In this document: in pieces, positions 33,900 through 37,314 of the stretch
How positions within the stretch are numbered: the stretch's first letter is position 1
How the letters are laid out: every line of letters begins with the position of its first letter
NCBI GenBank assembly: GCA_002726945.1
Contig: PBTB01000106.1
Coordinates: 1-37,314, forward strand
Direction of reading: 5' to 3'
Source of the DNA: Deltaproteobacteria bacterium
Lineage (GTDB): Bacteria > SAR324 > NAC60-12
DNA length: 37,314 bases
Notes under the pieces: generated by a model
The model's database searches: none
What the model saw: only the letters and a program-made list of their open reading frames with translations
Told to the model about the DNA's origin: nothing
Position numbers and translations under genes: made by a program

Positions 33900-34478
33900 T
33901 CACTCTCCGTAGAGACTCTCTTTGAAATGCCTTCGGCACATCGAGACATAAGAGTCGTTGCCACCAATCTGGACTTGTGCCCCGGCGCGGGCGGGATTGC
34001 CCTGCTCGTCCAGCCGAACCACCATCGTCGCCTTGCTCCCGCAGTGGCAGATGGTCTTGATCTCGCACAATTCATCGGCCCACGCAAGCAGATGACGGCT
34101 GCCCTCAAACAACTCCCCCTGAAAGTCGGTGCGCAATCCGTAGGCGAGGACTGGAATTTTCCGCTGGTCCACGACCTCGCTGAGTTGGAACACCTGCGCT
34201 TGCGTTAGAAACTGAGCCTCGTCAACCAAAACGCAGTGCAACAGCTGCTCCGCCACTCGGGAATCCGCCAATTCTAGCAGATTCTGTTCCGGAGTGAAAT
34301 TCTCTGCAGCCATTTCCAGCCCGATCCGGGAATGGATGCGGGCGCCGTGGCGGTCGTCAATGCACGGTTTGAGGACGAGCGTGTTCATCCCGCGCTCGCG
34401 GTAGTTGTAGGAGGACTGCAAGAGGGTGGTGGTCTTCCCCGCGTTCATCGCGGAGTAGTAGAAGTAGAGCTTGGCCAT
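33900..34478 (-). CDS. tdk: Thymidine kinase
   Basis: [33 protein letters not shown] zinc/lasso region. Confidence 0.97.
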   Translation of the reverse strand: MAKLYFYYSAMNAGKTTTLLQSSYNYRERGMNTLVLKPCIDDRHGARIHSRIGLEMAAENFTPEQNLLELADSRVAEQLLHCVLVDEAQFLTQAQVFQLSEVVDQRKIPVLAYGLRTDFQGELFEGSRHLLAWADELCEIKTICHCGSKATMVVRLDEQGNPARAGAQVQIGGNDSYVSMCRRHFKESLYGE

Positions 34479-34741
34479 TTTGGGCAGATACGCTTCGCCC
34501 CCCGGAAGGCCGGGGTCCGGGCATGGAAGTTGCTGAGGCTTAAGTAAAGCCCTGGGGAGCAGTATCCATCTGCCTGAATTCATCCGATGAATCCATGAAG
34601 TGAGCCCCACAGACCATCGCAAAGTCCCGGACTCGTCCATTTCACCCCAGAGCAGATACTACTCTAGCCGCACTCTCCTGTAACATTCAAGCAGCTTTCC
34701 GAAATATCCAGCGACGGACCCGTCTGGGAGGGATGTGCCTG

Positions 34742-36007
34742 CTAAGTTGACTCCACCAAAATCGCCCGGAAGTCGTTGACATTCGTCAGGCTTGGGCCAG
34801 AAACCACCAGTCCGTTCACCTGCTGAAAAAACGAATAGGCATCATTGCGGCTTAGGAACTCGGCAGGCGAGAGGCCCAGGGATTCCGCCTGTGAAAAAGT
34901 TTCCGGAGTGTAGATGGCTCCGGCGTTGTCCTCGGACCCGTCAATGCCGTCAGTGTCGCAGGCAAGCGCGGAAACTCCGGGCAGGCCGCGCAAGTCGTCC
35001 AGCAAGGCCAGCACGAATTCCGAGTTGCACCCGCCCTTGCCGGAGCCGCGCACGGTGACGGTGGTTTCACCCCCGGAAAGGATCACTGCCGGAGGCACGA
35101 CGGGCTGCTGATGCGTCTGGATCTGACGGGCAATGGCCGCATGAACTTTTGCCACTTCACGGGTTTCGCCTTCCATGCGGTCGCTGAGGATCAATGGCGT
35201 GAAGCCTGCCTCCCGGACTTGTGCAGCGACGGCTTCGAGCATCTGCTGCGGCACGGCAATCAGCTTCGCCTCGGCGTTTGATAAGCGGAGGTCCCCGGGC
35301 TTGGGTGTTTCGTCCCCGGACTGTTCCAAATGGACACGAACGGCCTCCGGAACGGCAATGGCATATTTCTCCAGCACCGCCCGTGCTTCGTCAAAGGTGG
35401 ATGGATCCGGAACGGTCGGCCCGGAGGCAATCACGGAAAGCTCGTCTCCGGGAACATCCGAAATCACCAGCGTCAGCACCCGCGCCGGATGGCAAGCAGC
35501 AGCGAGGCGTCCACCCTTGATCGTGGAGAGATGCTTGCGGACGCAGTTCATCTCGTGGATTGTGGCTCCGGAGCGCAGCAGTTCCCGATTGACGGATTGC
35601 TTGTCCTCCAACGTCAACCCCGGCGCAGGTAAGGCGAGCAACGCCGAACCGCCTCCGGAGATCAGACACAGCACCAGATCGTCCGCAGTCAGTCCTTGCA
35701 CCAACTCCAACATCCGCTCTGCGGCCTGCCGTCCCGCTTCGTCCGGAACCGGATGAGCCGCCTCCACGATCTCGATGCGCTCACAGGGAACGGCGTGGCC
35801 GTAGCGCGTCAGTACCAGCCCTTCAAGGTCTCCGGGCCAGTGCTGCTCCACGGCACGTGCCATCGCTGCGGACGCCTTCCCGGCACCAATCACCAGCGTG
35901 CGACCCTTGGGTGGTTCCGGAAGATTAGGCGGCACACACTGTGCGGGCTGCGTACTGGCGACCGCCGTTTCAAAGAGGGAATGCAGGAATGCAGTGGGCG
36001 AGGTCAT
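34742..36007 (-). CDS. Glycerate 2-kinase, MOFRL/TtuD-type
   Basis: GAGKASAAM, AAHPVPD, ISGGGSAL, KGGRLA, SGGETTV, TDGIDG, TNVNDF. Confidence 0.93.
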   Translation of the reverse strand: MTSPTAFLHSLFETAVASTQPAQCVPPNLPEPPKGRTLVIGAGKASAAMARAVEQHWPGDLEGLVLTRYGHAVPCERIEIVEAAHPVPDEAGRQAAERMLELVQGLTADDLVLCLISGGGSALLALPAPGLTLEDKQSVNRELLRSGATIHEMNCVRKHLSTIKGGRLAAACHPARVLTLVISDVPGDELSVIASGPTVPDPSTFDEARAVLEKYAIAVPEAVRVHLEQSGDETPKPGDLRLSNAEAKLIAVPQQMLEAVAAQVREAGFTPLILSDRMEGETREVAKVHAAIARQIQTHQQPVVPPAVILSGGETTVTVRGSGKGGCNSEFVLALLDDLRGLPGVSALACDTDGIDGSEDNAGAIYTPETFSQAESLGLSPAEFLSRNDAYSFFQQVNGLVVSGPSLTNVNDFRAILVEST

Positions 36008-36315
36008 GCAGCTGCTTCCGTGGCTTCCAGCTTCAGATAACCCCAATCGAAAAACTGGTGTTGCCAAGTTGGATCATTGCGGAAGGCGAGGAAAAACAGA
36101 TACTCTGGAGCCAAGTCCAACCCGTTTCCCCAGCAAATCGTGTAGCCGTCCGTTCGGAAATCCCGGAATTTGACGGAATCGCTTAGTTCCCGGAACACCG
36201 ACCGCCGATCGTTTGTGATTGTGTCCTCCAAATCTGCTACGCCCACCAGATTGTTGCTGAACTTCAGACGGATACGGTAGTCGCCCAAGTGTTTAGCCGT
36301 CTTGATGGAAATCAT
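36004..36315 (-). CDS. DUF2442-family putative antitoxin
   Basis: YRIRLKFSN..DL..F..TICWGNGLDLAPEYL. Confidence 0.88.
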   Translation of the reverse strand: MISIKTAKHLGDYRIRLKFSNNLVGVADLEDTITNDRRSVFRELSDSVKFRDFRTDGYTICWGNGLDLAPEYLFFLAFRNDPTWQHQFFDWGYLKLEATEAAA

Positions 36316-36323
36316 CGTTACGT

Positions 36324-36582
36324 TCAGGCTAGTGGTTGAATTTTATGGAACCGCCCGGATTCCCGCAGGCTGTTCCAGTGCAAGCAGTTCCTCTTGGTGT
36401 TCCTGCCCCCACTCCACAACCAAGCTCAGGGCTTTTGCAGGGAGTTTCCCTTCCATCACACCAAGATTCTCAATCAGAATAGCAGCTTGGTACTCGTTGT
36501 ACTGGACATGAAAATTCGGCGGATTATGCTCATTGAAGTACATCTGGATGACCATTCCCAGAAAACGACTGATTTCCGGCAT
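36324..36582 (-). pseudogene. DUF4160-family putative toxin, frameshifted near the 3' end
   Basis: MPEISRFLGMVIQMYFNEHNPPNFHVQY.. The family-like tail WNSLRESGRFHKIQPLA* continues in another frame from 36377 to a stop at 36324-36326. The in-frame stop is at 36343. Confidence 0.75.
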
Positions 36583-37314
36583 TCATCCCCTCAGTCGTTC
36601 GGCAAGGTACAGCGCCGGATGGATCACTCGCAACGGCAGTCCAGCAGCACGGATGCCCGCACGGATTTGGTAAAGACAGCCCGGATTGCCCGTCACCAGC
36701 GTGGTCGCCTGCGGGTTGGCTTGCAAGGTTTCCCGCACTGAAGCCATTTTACGCTCCAGCACGGCACTGGACAAGTCGGGATGCACCAAGTTGTAGATTC
36801 CCGCAGAGCCACAGCACCAATTCGACTCGGTGAGCGGAACCAGCGTGACCCCCGGCAGGCTGTTGACCAGTGCTCGCGGGTGATCATCCACCTGCTGGGC
36901 ATGCATCAGGTGGCAAGGGGCATCATACAGCACCACATTTTCATCGGTTCGCCAGTTCAGCCGCTGGATTGGCTTCAGATGCCGGGAGAGGAATTCAAGG
37001 ATGTCCACAATCCGGCCTTCGATGGCGTTCCAATTCCTGGAATAGCCAGAATGGTTTTGCGGAAACAGGTGATGGAACTCCCGGAGTTGGGCACTGCATC
37101 CGGCGGCGTTGGTGATGATTGCCTCAAACTCGCGTTCCTCAAACGCATCCAGATTATTGAGGGCCAAACCACGGGCCGTCTTGCGGTCGCCGCTGTGAAC
37201 GTGGAGTGCTCCACAACAGCCTTGCTTGCCGGGAACCACCACTGTATAGCCGATACCCCGCAGCAGCTTCAGCGTTGCTTCGTGGATCGCCGCCTCCGAG
37301 ACATCCATGATGCA
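36583..37314 (-). CDS. GlcF-like (Fe-S)-binding protein with two CCG domains (5' partial)
   Basis: QGCCGALHVHSG, NAAGC, YDAPCHL, CCGSAGIYN, NPGC. The frame is open to the window end (CIMD..). Confidence 0.88.
   Translation of the reverse strand, partial: CIMDVSEAAIHEATLKLLRGIGYTVVVPGKQGCCGALHVHSGDRKTARGLALNNLDAFEEREFEAIITNAAGCSAQLREFHHLFPQNHSGYSRNWNAIEGRIVDILEFLSRHLKPIQRLNWRTDENVVLYDAPCHLMHAQQVDDHPRALVNSLPGVTLVPLTESNWCCGSAGIYNLVHPDLSSAVLERKMASVRETLQANPQATTLVTGNPGCLYQIRAGIRAAGLPLRVIHPALYLAERLRG

Overview
GC-rich (roughly 60% by eye) bacterial chromosomal segment. The gene set and style suggest a deltaproteobacterial or SAR324-like organism, but that is inference only. Housekeeping genes are ybeY, rsmH, mutM, leuC/leuD, a SurA-type PPIase, sohB, fadA, mfd, asd, tdk, a MOFRL-type glycerate kinase and a partial GlcF-like Fe-S protein. 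The window opens inside an IS1-family element. The most unusual region is 9.0-15.0 kb: six same-strand envelope genes, one predicted outer-membrane beta-barrel plus five lipobox-bearing proteins. The first four form an AT-rich, translationally coupled block bracketed by a palindromic IS200/IS605-like end remnant and a perfect 116-bp MITE with a 5-bp target duplication. Other notable items: a tandem pair of tiny paralogous lipoproteins with a shared unrecognised motif (17.5-18.0 kb), a secreted protein made only of about 31 MORN repeats, two heptamer tandem arrays in the linker of a TonB/TolA-like protein, a structured ~220-bp element upstream of the leuC promoter, a Uma2 nuclease inside leuCD, and a DUF4160/DUF2442 toxin-antitoxin pair whose DUF4160 gene is frameshifted near its 3' end. 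No rRNA, tRNA or CRISPR array was seen. Family names come from motif recognition, not database searches.
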